From a virus: a stretch of DNA of 64,000 nucleotides. The DNA is taken from positions 30,893-94,892 of the IMG/VR virus record IMGVR_UViG_3300020045_007300, one strand, 5' to 3'. Under the pieces are notes generated by a model. That model ran no database searches. It was not told the DNA's origin and saw only the letters and a list, made by a program, of their open reading frames with translations. Positions 52,677 through 62,600 of the stretch are shown piece by piece. Each line of letters opens with the position of its first letter. The stretch's first letter is position 1. Made by a program: the position numbers and the translations under genes.

Positions 52677-52912
52677 TGAAAGTAACGAGTCCGCTAGTCA
52701 CGGAAACAGCATTGATGACTTATATGTGCTTCGACTATTTTCAATGCAATACCAGCAACTAACGGTTCATCGGCTCAGAGCGACAGACGTTAAATTGCAA
52801 GTAACCCCGTTCGCTAAAGTAATGGGGAATTTTAAAGCTAATTCGATTGATTCTTGACCTGTAGCGCGTAAAGATGCGGTGGCTACCGATTGAGTTAGTT
52901 TTAAAATTAAAT

Positions 52913-53009
52913 ACAGGTCTCTGGTGGGTTGTAGATGCGGTTCGATTCCGTTAATGTGTTCTGGTGACATGGGAGACGTAATACTGGCAGTTCGATTCTG
53001 TCCGCCTGT
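52913..53009 (+). ncRNA. tRNA-like RNA with two T-loop hairpins
   Basis: acagg/cctgt closing stem; gcggTTCGATTccgt and ggcagTTCGATTctgtc. Confidence 0.5.
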
Positions 53010-53026
53010 TTTTAAGTTATAATTAT

Positions 53027-53098
53027 CAGAGTGTATTTCAGTGGTAGAATGAACGCCTTGGAAGCGTTCGGTCGTTGGTTCGAGTCCAGCCACTCTGA
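53027..53098 (+). tRNA. tRNA-Pro(TGG)
   Basis: cagagtg/cactctg acceptor, aacgc-cttggaa-gcgtt anticodon arm, TTCGAGT T-loop; CCA not encoded. Confidence 0.9.
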
Positions 53099-53172
53099 TA
53101 ATTATAATTTGCTTTATTTGTTCTACTCAAGTAAAATACCATTTTTAATTATCAATTAATGGTATTATTTTC

Positions 53173-53709
53173 ATGAAAGTAACCGAAAAACAGATTTTAA
53201 ACTTCTGGAAGAAGGTTTTAAAAATAGATGATGGCTGCTGGGAGTGGCAAGGATCAAGGCTTCCTAGTGGTTACGGAACAATACACCTAAGAGGGTGCGG
53301 CGAAAATGAAAACCATAGAACACATAGATTAAGTTGGTTTATTCACTTCGGAATTATCCAAAATGACACGCTAGTTCTTCATAAGTGTGATAATCCAAGG
53401 TGCTGCAATCCAGAGCATTTGTTTTTAGGAAGTCATCTTGATAATATGCTGGATATGGCTAAAAAAGGAAGATTTAGCAAGGTTTTAATGAATCCAGATA
53501 AGCAAAAAGAAATATCCGACCTTGCTAGAAGTAGCTGTGCCAGAGAAAAGAGAAAAAACACCATGTTAAAGAATAATCATCAGCAGGGTGAAAAAAATTC
53601 TAACTACGGTACTTATTGGCTAACCAATGGAATCGTAAGTATAAAATGGAGTGATTCAAAAGGGGATTTTCCTAGTGGATTTTCAAAAGGTAGAGTGATT
53701 AAAAAGTAA
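53173..53709 (+). CDS. HNH endonuclease within the tRNA array
   Basis: CWEWQG...GYG, THRLSW, VLHKCDNPRCCNPEHLFLG...NM.DM. Confidence 0.93.
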   Translation: MKVTEKQILNFWKKVLKIDDGCWEWQGSRLPSGYGTIHLRGCGENENHRTHRLSWFIHFGIIQNDTLVLHKCDNPRCCNPEHLFLGSHLDNMLDMAKKGRFSKVLMNPDKQKEISDLARSSCAREKRKNTMLKNNHQQGEKNSNYGTYWLTNGIVSIKWSDSKGDFPSGFSKGRVIKK

Positions 53710-53720
53710 GTTGTAGTTTT

Positions 53721-53791
53721 GCGAATATACAAAGGTTGTTAGCTTGCCTTCCAAGCAGGTCACTCGAGTTCGATTCTGGGTTGTCTCTCCA
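53721..53791 (+). tRNA. Degenerate tRNA-Gly(TCC)
   Basis: cttgc-cttccaa-gcagg arm, TTCGATT loop and TCCA end, but mismatched acceptor stem. Confidence 0.5.
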
Positions 53792-53797
53792 ATTTTT

Positions 53798-53875
53798 GCA
53801 AAGATAGCTTAAGTTAAAGCATGAGCCTACCTAAAATTGGCTGATACTAAGCACGGCACTTAGTTCTTTGCTCCA
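53798..53875 (+). tRNA. Degenerate tRNA-like RNA (anticodon unassignable)
   Basis: Perfect gcaaaga/tctttgc acceptor plus TCCA, D arm present, non-canonical T-loop. Confidence 0.45.
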
Positions 53876-53877
53876 AG

Positions 53878-53975
53878 TTTTTTAGTAGTTCAATTGGGAG
53901 AACACCCTAACTCTTAGGGAATCGTATTAACCTTATAGTTATAAGAGTTGCTGTTTTGAGTCCAGCCTAAAAAAA
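53878..53975 (+). tRNA. Degenerate tRNA-like RNA with expanded anticodon/variable region
   Basis: tttttag/ctaaaaa acceptor, TAGTTCAATTGGGAGAAC D arm, T-arm-like gctg..gagtccagc. Confidence 0.4.
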
Positions 53976-54140
53976 CAGAACTCAAAACTGTATAAAAATT
54001 TAATTAATATGGAAATACCATTGCCTACTTGATAGACAATGAAAATCTAAGATCCTAGTAAAGTGGGAGTTTTCCTAATAGACTTTATACAAAAAGTCAG
54101 CCAATGTTAATACCGAAGCGGGTTTTTTATTGCCTAAGAT

Positions 54141-54836
54141 TTAACCCCAAGCCACTAAAATATCTCTAACGATACCGTGCCTAACAATATCATCCAAGGT
54201 AAATTCAACCACGCTCACTCCATCTAAATTCCTTAATTTATCAACTGCACAAGTAAGACCATTTTTCTGTCTTAAATCGCTCTGAGCTGTATCACCTGTA
54301 ATAATAACTTTGCAGTTTTTACCTGTGCGGGTTAGGAACATTTTAACCTGCTCTGGAGTAGAGTTTTGAGCTTCGTCTAAAATAACTACGCAGTCATCAA
54401 AGGTAACTCCCCGCATAAACTCTAACGGTTTGATGACAATCTTACCGTTTTTTACAAGGTTCCGAACAAAACTTACACCCAATTGTTTATCAAGCAAGTT
54501 CATTAATGGTTCGACGTAAGGGTTGTATTTATCCGCTAATTCGCCTGGTAATGCACCAAGGTTTCTACCTGTTTCACACACTGGGCGAGTGATGATAATT
54601 TTTTCTGTTTTGTACTCGCGCAGCATATCAGCTGCAACACCTGCGGCGACGTGCGTCTTGCCAGACCCGCTCACTCCAATGCCAAAAGTAACGATATTGC
54701 TCTTTATCGCCTTAATGTACCGCTCCTGCGCCTTGTTCATCGGCTTGGTAGGCTCAATAGCAGGTTTTTCGTGATAATCAGTGTAGGTCGTTTCTGTTTC
54801 GGTGTAACGTACTTTTTTGCGCTTAACTTTTAACAT
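54141..54836 (-). CDS. phoH: PhoH-family ATPase
   Basis: G..GSGKT, IIITRP, LG.LPG.L.DK, FMRG.TF, ILDEAQN, GD..Q.D, DIVRH. Confidence 0.96.
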   Translation of the reverse strand: MLKVKRKKVRYTETETTYTDYHEKPAIEPTKPMNKAQERYIKAIKSNIVTFGIGVSGSGKTHVAAGVAADMLREYKTEKIIITRPVCETGRNLGALPGELADKYNPYVEPLMNLLDKQLGVSFVRNLVKNGKIVIKPLEFMRGVTFDDCVVILDEAQNSTPEQVKMFLTRTGKNCKVIITGDTAQSDLRQKNGLTCAVDKLRNLDGVSVVEFTLDDIVRHGIVRDILVAWG

Positions 54837-54876
54837 TGTATTTCCTTTTTGATTAAAATCTATCTTAGGTAATTAT

Positions 54877-55269
54877 TTACTTCAACGCCATTTTACCACT
54901 AGCAAACTCATTACGAACACAGTTAGCAAAATCAGTTAGGTAGTTAGTATCATCTGATGCCACACAAAACCCCATGAGAGTATCTCCAGCTATTAATTCT
55001 CTATTACGAACCGCAAGCCTAATCAACTGGTATAAATACCAAAGCTGATTAATTGTTGTCGTACCACCTGATGCGTGGACAATCGCGTGGCAACGAACGC
55101 ACAACGGAATTGTTAAGCTATCAGGCTGCTTACTTCCCATTGATCCGCCTAGCCCACAAGAAATCAAATGATGTGCGACTATATCAAGGTTAGTTCCGCA
55201 GTGACAGCACGGCTTTGTTCTAATCCAAGCAAGGTGTTTTTTGCTTCGGTATGGTTTAATTTTTTGCAT
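54877..55269 (-). CDS. DUF968-like / HNH-like Zn-binding protein
   Basis: RSKKHLAWIRTKPCCHCG...AHH....MG.K..D..TIPLC..CH. Confidence 0.8.
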   Translation of the reverse strand: MQKIKPYRSKKHLAWIRTKPCCHCGTNLDIVAHHLISCGLGGSMGSKQPDSLTIPLCVRCHAIVHASGGTTTINQLWYLYQLIRLAVRNRELIAGDTLMGFCVASDDTNYLTDFANCVRNEFASGKMALK

Positions 55270-55474
55270 TGTCGTTGCCTGCCTTATTTGCACGAATATC
55301 AATAATATCGGCATCACTGCAATTTATCTCGTTAGCAAATTTATCGCTAATTAACTCATGTTTATATGATTTTCCATTCTTGTTTTTCACGAACAGTCTG
55401 TTTTCTTCTATGGAATCGCCTATCACAATATAGATATAACCATCATCACAGAAGTATTCTGTTTTTATACTCAC
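55256..55474 (-). CDS. Hypothetical protein
   Basis: Coupled ORF in the minus-strand operon. Confidence 0.55.
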   Translation of the reverse strand: MSIKTEYFCDDGYIYIVIGDSIEENRLFVKNKNGKSYKHELISDKFANEINCSDADIIDIRANKAGNDNAKN

Positions 55475-55821
55475 AACTCCACCTCATAACCATAAACACT
55501 AGCAACCACGCACCGACAGATAGCTTGTTGCGGAGTTTTGCCTAAGCCAACATCTTCACCTTCATTTGTATTTTCATCATAGCAAGTAGCCGACCAAAAT
55601 CCATCCTCTTCAAATGTTAGACTGATATTGAATTTATCAATCAATTCACCACATTGTGACCAGTCGTGTTCAGGGTCGTAGAATTGAATTGCACACATGA
55701 CGTTACCGTCTTTATTCGCATAAACAGGAAAGCCAAATTTTATAGACTCACTCCAGTCTTGAGCCAATGCCAAGGCACGTTTAAGATTGTCACCCGTCAA
55801 CTCTCTTGTTTTAAATTTCAT
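55471..55821 (-). CDS. NinX / DUF2591-like protein
   Basis: ELTG..L..A.A.A, YDP..DWSQCG.LI, G.TP..AICRC.V. Confidence 0.8.
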   Translation of the reverse strand: MKFKTRELTGDNLKRALALAQDWSESIKFGFPVYANKDGNVMCAIQFYDPEHDWSQCGELIDKFNISLTFEEDGFWSATCYDENTNEGEDVGLGKTPQQAICRCVVASVYGYEVEL

Positions 55822-56210
55822 TATAATTTCTCATTTGGTAGTGGAATATAAAGCCCTAGTTCTTCTGCTACATATCGACACACGCAATCAATAAAGGCAT
55901 TAAATTCTACAGTGTCAAGCTCAGTTGTGCTAATTGTACGCTCAAATGTTTTACTTCCAATTATAACTGTTTTCTTTGGTAAATAGGCATCGCTGAATAG
56001 GTCATGGGCTTCTAATTTTGTATTCCCAGTGTATTCACAGATATGCTTTAACACAACACCCCAGTAATAACGGTTTTGCGGTAGCGTCCTATCCTTTTTA
56101 AATGGAATGATGGAAACGTCCATAATTGGCTTTTTGCTAGAATCAATTGCCATTATGAAATTTATACAGTTTTGCTTTGCCGTAGTTGAGTTTATGGTGA
56201 ATTTAGTCAT
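55821..56210 (-). CDS. NinB/Orf-like recombination protein
   Basis: RTLPQNRYYW, STTEL...EF..FI..V. Confidence 0.8.
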   Translation of the reverse strand: MTKFTINSTTAKQNCINFIMAIDSSKKPIMDVSIIPFKKDRTLPQNRYYWGVVLKHICEYTGNTKLEAHDLFSDAYLPKKTVIIGSKTFERTISTTELDTVEFNAFIDCVCRYVAEELGLYIPLPNEKL

Positions 56211-56387
56211 CTTTGCGCCTTAGTTTTTGCATGGTCATTATTGTTATTCCATCTCGTCATCACTTTAAGGTTGTAAATATCTTGTCGGAGAATATGCAGT
56301 CCATAGCTTTTTTTTGCCGCGATTCGTAAACTATCCAGTATCTTTTATTTAGGAATCTTTCAAGCGGCATAAATTCAATGTATTTAG

Positions 56388-56813
56388 TCATACATCATAC
56401 TCAATTATTAGTAGAATTGGCTTTGCTTGGATATTACAATCTAAACAATGCTCACGGTAATCTGAAAAGCGATAAAACACACCTACTTTCAATCTCCTTG
56501 ATGACATCTCAACCATTAATGAAGCCTTTTTAGGTAGTTTTAACGGTAAAACAATACAAGTTTTTGTATGACCATCAATATGCCAGTCAACACCACCATC
56601 AATTTTCATAAATTGAAAACTTAATTTATTTATGTTTATTTTGAACGGCAAAGACCTATAAACTAATCGCCTTATATCACTTTGCACAGCATCGGCATAT
56701 TCGTGTTGTTTCCATGAACAAACCTCCCCTAAATCAGTATTAAATGAATATGACTCTTTAGTGTTTAAGCTCAATAATGTAATTATTTTATTGATAGGTA
56801 TGGTTTTATTTGG
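56388..56813 (-). CDS. Cupin / 2OG-Fe(II) oxygenase-like protein (start uncertain)
   Basis: V.WHID...VLPL...G.FY.F....EH facial-triad pattern. Confidence 0.55.
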   Translation of the reverse strand, partial: PNKTIPINKIITLLSLNTKESYSFNTDLGEVCSWKQHEYADAVQSDIRRLVYRSLPFKININKLSFQFMKIDGGVDWHIDGHTKTCIVLPLKLPKKASLMVEMSSRRLKVGVFYRFSDYREHCLDCNIQAKPILLIIEYDV

Positions 56814-56823
56814 TTTGTACGCC

Positions 56824-58654
56824 CTAATCATCATCAACCCCATGTACACGCTTATAAGCCGCTACTGGACTTTGACTAGAAATATCTGCTAACTCAGGTG
56901 CAATAGCATTTAACGCATTCCACTCCCAAGCACGATGTTTATGAGGACAATCGCAAAAATATTGTATTTCAGTTAGGCTTTCCAAAAGTGACTGCATTGC
57001 TTTGTCGGTCATTGCGGGTATTTCAGCTTTTGGCACATATTCAATGCCGTCAATTATTACTTTTTTCATAAGCTACTCCCAACAAAACATGATTAAATCA
57101 TTACTAATTACAGTATCTCCGAACGGATTAACCGCTTCGCCAGTTTCAGGACACCAGAAAGAATTATTGCTAATTCCATCTATGTTTCCAATTATTATTT
57201 TATTATCATACCCAAAAAAACCAGAAATTTTTACTTGGTGTTTGTAGGTTTTAGTGAAATACAACGCCCCATTACAAGGGTATTTGAATGGCTTTTGTAT
57301 CAGAGTCAGTTGTTTGCTGCTAATCAAGTCATTCATTTTTTCTTGAGCGCATTGATATTGCAAATCCCCAACTGGATCGGAATTATCAATACCTTTACTT
57401 TCAACGACACTATCATCTCTATTGTCACTCTTTATTAAACCGAGCAATAGCTTCTTAGCGTAAGCCTGCCTTTCCTTGTCAATAACAATATCTTGACTAG
57501 CAATTGCATTATTCGCTCTTAACAGAAGCGTCCGTATTGATGTACCAGCTTTATTTATACCGCTACCTATCTTAATGTCACATGGTAATTTACGATTTAA
57601 AAATTCTTCTTCGGTTTCTGGTTGCTGCCAGTCTTTGCCGATAGGTTTATTAGTATCGTACCACTCAAGATTTTCAATAATAGGAGAACTGTTATCAAGT
57701 AATTTAATGCTTAAACCGTCACTTCTAAGCCAAAATAAACCGCTTAATGGACTAACGCAGCTCCAATACCCAAGCCCATAATCAATGGCTAATTTGTCCA
57801 TCGGTTTATTTATTCCTAATTGCTTACTCATTTCGCCACCCCATTAAACTCATTCCAAATTAATAAAGCCTTTTGCGCATCAATTACACCATGATCATTA
57901 CGGCTACGCATACGCCACCCTGTTTCACGATTGTACTTTGTTGATGAATCCAGTGATTGACCGTCGGCTTTCAGTTCAATCCATTTTTTATCAACACTGA
58001 TAATACGGGTTATTCTGCCTGAATAGTCAATCTTTTCATAAATCGGTGACTTTGATTCAAGCAATTCAAGATTTGCTTTACCTATCAATCCACCAAGATT
58101 GTTGCTCCACATATCACGACCGACTAACGCCTTATGCCTGTCAAGGAGTTCTTTTTGCTCATCGGCGAGTTTCTTTTTTAAGCTGTCAATTTCATCGAAT
58201 CGAGAATTTACCGCTTCAAGTTCAGCTTGCAATACGTCTAATTCTGCTTGTATTTGTTCAGTTGTTTTCATAACATTACCAATTAAAGCTCAATTTTTTC
58301 AATCGTCACAACACCGTTATCAACAGTAATTCTATCTATAGAATCGCCACCCTCCCAAACTCTTACAGCCACTAATTTTCCAGTGCTATCTTGAAATGCA
58401 GGATTAACAATAATGTCGACTACCGATCCGCTACCTTCGCCATATATGTCGATTTCAGATACAGTAATCACTCCATCAATTACGGTTCCTATAATGTATG
58501 ACTCCTCATCAAAAAGATTAATCCTCACTAGATTATCATTAAGTTCTTCGGCTTGTGGATGCCAGTCTGCTCTTTCGCTTTTATAAAACGAAGCCACTGG
58601 TATTTTTAAATCAGTTAATTCTTTTGTTTTCCAGAATGTAATGTTGTATGACAT
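56824..58654 (-). other. Hypothetical minus-strand genes (56824-57069, 57073-57831, 57828-58271, 58283-58654)
   Basis: Tightly packed ORFs with SD-like motifs. Confidence 0.7.
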
Positions 58655-58671
58655 AACCTTACCTATTTGAT

Positions 58672-58697
58672 AAAGACCGCACAGTGACGGTCTTTGT
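58672..58697. terminator. Intrinsic terminator downstream of the antirepressor
   Basis: aaagaccg/cggtcttt hairpin. Confidence 0.7.
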
Positions 58698-58702
58698 TGT
58701 GA

Positions 58703-59443
58703 TTAAACGGTGATTAATTCAATAACCGATTCAAACCATTTTATCTGTTTTATCGGTGTGCCATCACTGTGTTTTTTAGGCGTGTCGAATAGTTCAAATA
58801 AATTACTAGCCTTATCAGTTGGAGGCCAATACAGCACATTCTTTGGCGCTCGATAATCAACCTGATAACCAGCATCTTTTAACAACTGATTAACCTTTTG
58901 ACCCGATATCCCACCGATACGCACACCAATTTCAGAAGGAGTAAGCGCAAGCTGTTTCACTGGTGCAATAAGCTCAAAACCGAAGTATTCAACACAGTCA
59001 ATTCCAGTTTTATTCTTTGTTGCTTTATTGGCTGACAATAACGCTTGATTGCCAGAAAAACCAAATAGATTGGCTATTTTTATCGCGCCTTCTAATTCGG
59101 TAGCAACGGTTACTAGGCTTACTGGTTGTTTTTCCAATTCTAGGAAGTAATTACGATACTCATGACCCCTTGTAGTCTTGGCCATCATTGATATGTGCTT
59201 AGCAAAATCAATACTGATTGCGTAGTCTTTTGGCGGATTGGGAATGTTTGCGCTCGTATTTGTAACGAGTTTAATAAAATCAACGCCTTGCGAAAAAAAC
59301 TCGTTTTGTTCGATATTTAAAGCAGACCACTTTGCCCAGTTAGATTTATCGAACCCTAGTCCTAGGTATAATTCACGCGCAGAAACGGCATTAACTTCAC
59401 TATTTCCAATTACATTTTTACTTACTTCAATTAACTTTTTCAC
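58703..59443 (-). CDS. AntA/AntB-family antirepressor
   Basis: VSARELYLGLG...W, DYAISIDFAKHISMM...G.EYRNYF..LEK; C-terminal LTPSEIG...Q.KW. Confidence 0.9.
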   Translation of the reverse strand: MKKLIEVSKNVIGNSEVNAVSARELYLGLGFDKSNWAKWSALNIEQNEFFSQGVDFIKLVTNTSANIPNPPKDYAISIDFAKHISMMAKTTRGHEYRNYFLELEKQPVSLVTVATELEGAIKIANLFGFSGNQALLSANKATKNKTGIDCVEYFGFELIAPVKQLALTPSEIGVRIGGISGQKVNQLLKDAGYQVDYRAPKNVLYWPPTDKASNLFELFDTPKKHSDGTPIKQIKWFESVIELITV

Positions 59444-59642
59444 TTTATTTTACTCGCAAAAAAAGGTGTTCTATTTTTCAGGTCGTAGAGGGTGCAATAA
59501 CTTACCCAACTGAAAAACAAAAAACACCTTTGTTTGATTGCTGCTTATGGCTACGACACCAACTACATTATAACACCATTTCCCATTTATGATACAATAA
59601 CCCATAAATTTATTAATCGCTGCGAAGCGCAAAGGAACGACA

Positions 59643-62600
59643 ATGGCTTGTGTGTATATATTCCCCGATGGCAAAAAACTATCAGTTGCAGACATGGACG
59701 ATTATTTAAAGTCATTGCCGCATGAAACCTTGGCTAAATTTTCGCCAGTTGTGGCGGCTTTGTTGGGTGAAGCTAATAGTGGTGTTAGGTTTAGTAAATC
59801 TCCAGATAATGATGTGGCGTCTCAAGCAAAGTCATACGGAATTAATGTAAAACAGAATTCCGACGGAAGCATAATTCTTTATCATGGGGCTTCCAAGAAA
59901 GCAGCCGAAAGCATAGATAAATCGCAGTCATTCAATGAGCAATCGTATTTTTCACACGCTAAAACAACAACTGGTTTTGGTGACAGTAGTCCATTGTATT
60001 ATGCGACTATTAAGAATAAAGACGGCAAGCTATTTAAAATAAATGTAGACCCAAGCGCAATATCATTTAATGGCGGAACTGGTGAGTTTTACGCAGAAGA
60101 TGGGTTAAGGTTTGATAGCAATTCTGGTATATGGATTGCTGGAACTAATCAAACAGAAAATAAGCCATCAAAACAGCCTGAATTTAAAGTAGACGATGTT
60201 TATGGTGACCAAGTTCAGATAAATGGTAATTGGTATCATGCCGAGCGTGTGCTAGGCAAAAAAGCCAGTGAATTTAAAGTTGGTGATTCAGTCAAATTCA
60301 GCAAATCCCCCCAACAAACCACATCATCAACAGTCGCACAGGTTAAATCTTGGCTACCAAAACTAGTACAAGGTATGCTGGATAATGGAAAATTGCGCGT
60401 GGTTCAGTCGGTTAATGATTTGCCAGCGCATTTGAGAGAAGCAGGTGCGGCTATGCTTCATCAAGTATGGCACGGAAGTCCTCATGACCATAATAAGTTT
60501 GATAGTGCTAAGATTGGTACGGGAGAAGGTAACGCAATGTACGGATACGGACATTATTTTACCGACTTAAAAGATATTGCCGAGTGGTACAGGAATAATT
60601 TAGCAGATTCAAAAAACAACGGAAAGCTGTATGAAGTTGAGCTTTCCCCTACACAAGACCAATACCTAGACTGGGATAAAAAGCCAAAAAAACAACTTAT
60701 TAATAAGATAATAAAATCGCTGAACAATAATGGATATGAAGTTTTTTCTTATGGCAATACAATAAGATATAAAAAAGGAAATGCTGAATATAGCATAGAT
60801 TTGTACAATGGAGGCTCAGTATACAACGGTGTTGCCGAGATATTTAGCTGGGACGAAAAGGCTGCGAGTGAGTTTCTTCACAGCATAGGTGTCAGAGGTA
60901 TACGCTACAAAGCCGACCAAGGTAAAACAGATACTAACAACTACGTCATATTCTCAGACGATGACATCATAATTACCAACAAATACAGCGAGCTAAACGG
61001 TATTCAAGGGTTGTATGATGCCACCAGCGACAAAACCTATTTAGTAGCCGATATGCTCACTAAAGATAATACAAACATCGTATTATCGCATGAGCTATTT
61101 CACCGTTTCTACGCCACCGATCCAAAAGCTAAAGCCGTCATGAGCAAAATGATGTTTAGTGCGCGTGAATCGTTTGACCAAGCATCGCGCGGCAAAGGTA
61201 CTAAAACTGAATTATCGGCTTATCAGCGCGTTATTAATGCCAAGACACCTGAAAAAGACCAGATTGAAGAATATCTGGCTTACCAAATATCGAGCTTTTT
61301 AGAGAATCCAAAAAACGTAACCCCATCACTAGCCAATCTTATCAAAAACTGGATAGCCAGTATCAGAATGGCACTGTTACGCTATGGCATTGATATGGGA
61401 TTTGTGCGTAGCTTAACGCCGCGTGACTTGGTTGCGCTTAGTCAGTATGGGGCTAAGGTTGATGCTATTGCTAATCCAACGGGTAACGCTGTTTTAATGA
61501 AAGCCAGTAAAGCAGGTTACGAAGGCAGTGATACTGGAGAAGCGTTTGAATGGCTTAGAGCTGTTGCTAAAGGATTGGACATGTCACAAGAGGCTAGGAT
61601 GGCTAGAGCTAAGGACATGGGGTTTGATGTTGATAAGATTTGGTTTCATGGCTCAAAGTCGGATTTTAATGAGTTTGATAAAAACAAAATAAATGAAGAT
61701 TTTAATTTATTTGGAAAAGGTTTTTATTTTGCATCCATGTACAGCCACGCTAGTGAGCATGGAAAGGTTAATAATTTCTTATTAAAAGCCAATAACAGTG
61801 CTAAATATACATTAACACTGCAAAAAGAAGCTGATGATATGGGCATTAATGTAAGTGACTATGTAAAACTAAAAGGTTTTGATTCGATAATTCAAGGTGA
61901 TAGATTTAATGCTCAAATTGTTATTTTTGACTCTAATAAAATTAGGAGTGAAGACGCAGCATTCGACCCAGACTTTGCAGATAGCCATAACCTTCTAGCC
62001 AGCACATCAGATAAAGACCTAGAAACCCTGTTATCCACTTACGCCAATGAAAACGGCGCACCATCAAGAGTTGAACTTGCCGAAGCACTAAGACAATACC
62101 GCACAATTGAATCACAGTATTTCAACGCCGATGGTACGCCTAAAGAGGGGGCCATGGTCGCACCTAATGGCAAACCCACCAATCTAAACCGTCAGCAATG
62201 GATTGCTGTTAGGACTGAGAATTTTAAGAATTGGTTTGGGCGGTGGGATAGTGATCCTGAAAACTCGAGTAAAGTTATTGATGATAATGGTGATCCATTA
62301 GTGGTTTATCATGGTACAGATGCTGATTTTTCAGAGTTCAACTTAAATTACTTTGGAAAATCTGATGTAGGATTAATAGGTAAGGCTTTTTATTTTGCAT
62401 CAAAAATGCCAGTTATTAATATGATTTACGCCAACAAGAGTAATGGATTGGCTATGCCAGTATTTTTGAATATATCGTCACCGTACACTTTTTTAAATGG
62501 AAAATCTAGTGATGGGACTGGATTAATGAAAACGTATGGAAGTAAAGTTTTTGCAAAAAAGATGCAATCAAAAGGTTACGACGGAGTGGCGTTTAGCGAC

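Noticed and set aside
52651-53093. ORFs 52651-52857 and 52767-53093
   Set aside because: Overlap tRNA and structured RNAs; the MAGLEPTT start is a typical antisense-tRNA artefact
53798-53875. Possible amber suppressor tRNA (CTA in loop) and stop-codon recoding
   Set aside because: No U33 geometry and a degenerate T-loop; TAG ends genes normally (e.g. 48780 before a terminator) and core genes are intact in the standard code
37283-59643. Split intein or intron joining of the three giant genes
   Set aside because: No HINT motifs or terminal His-Asn, and the Cys sit at the wrong ends for trans-splicing; each gene has its own SD or promoter signals and no group I/II intron core was recognised
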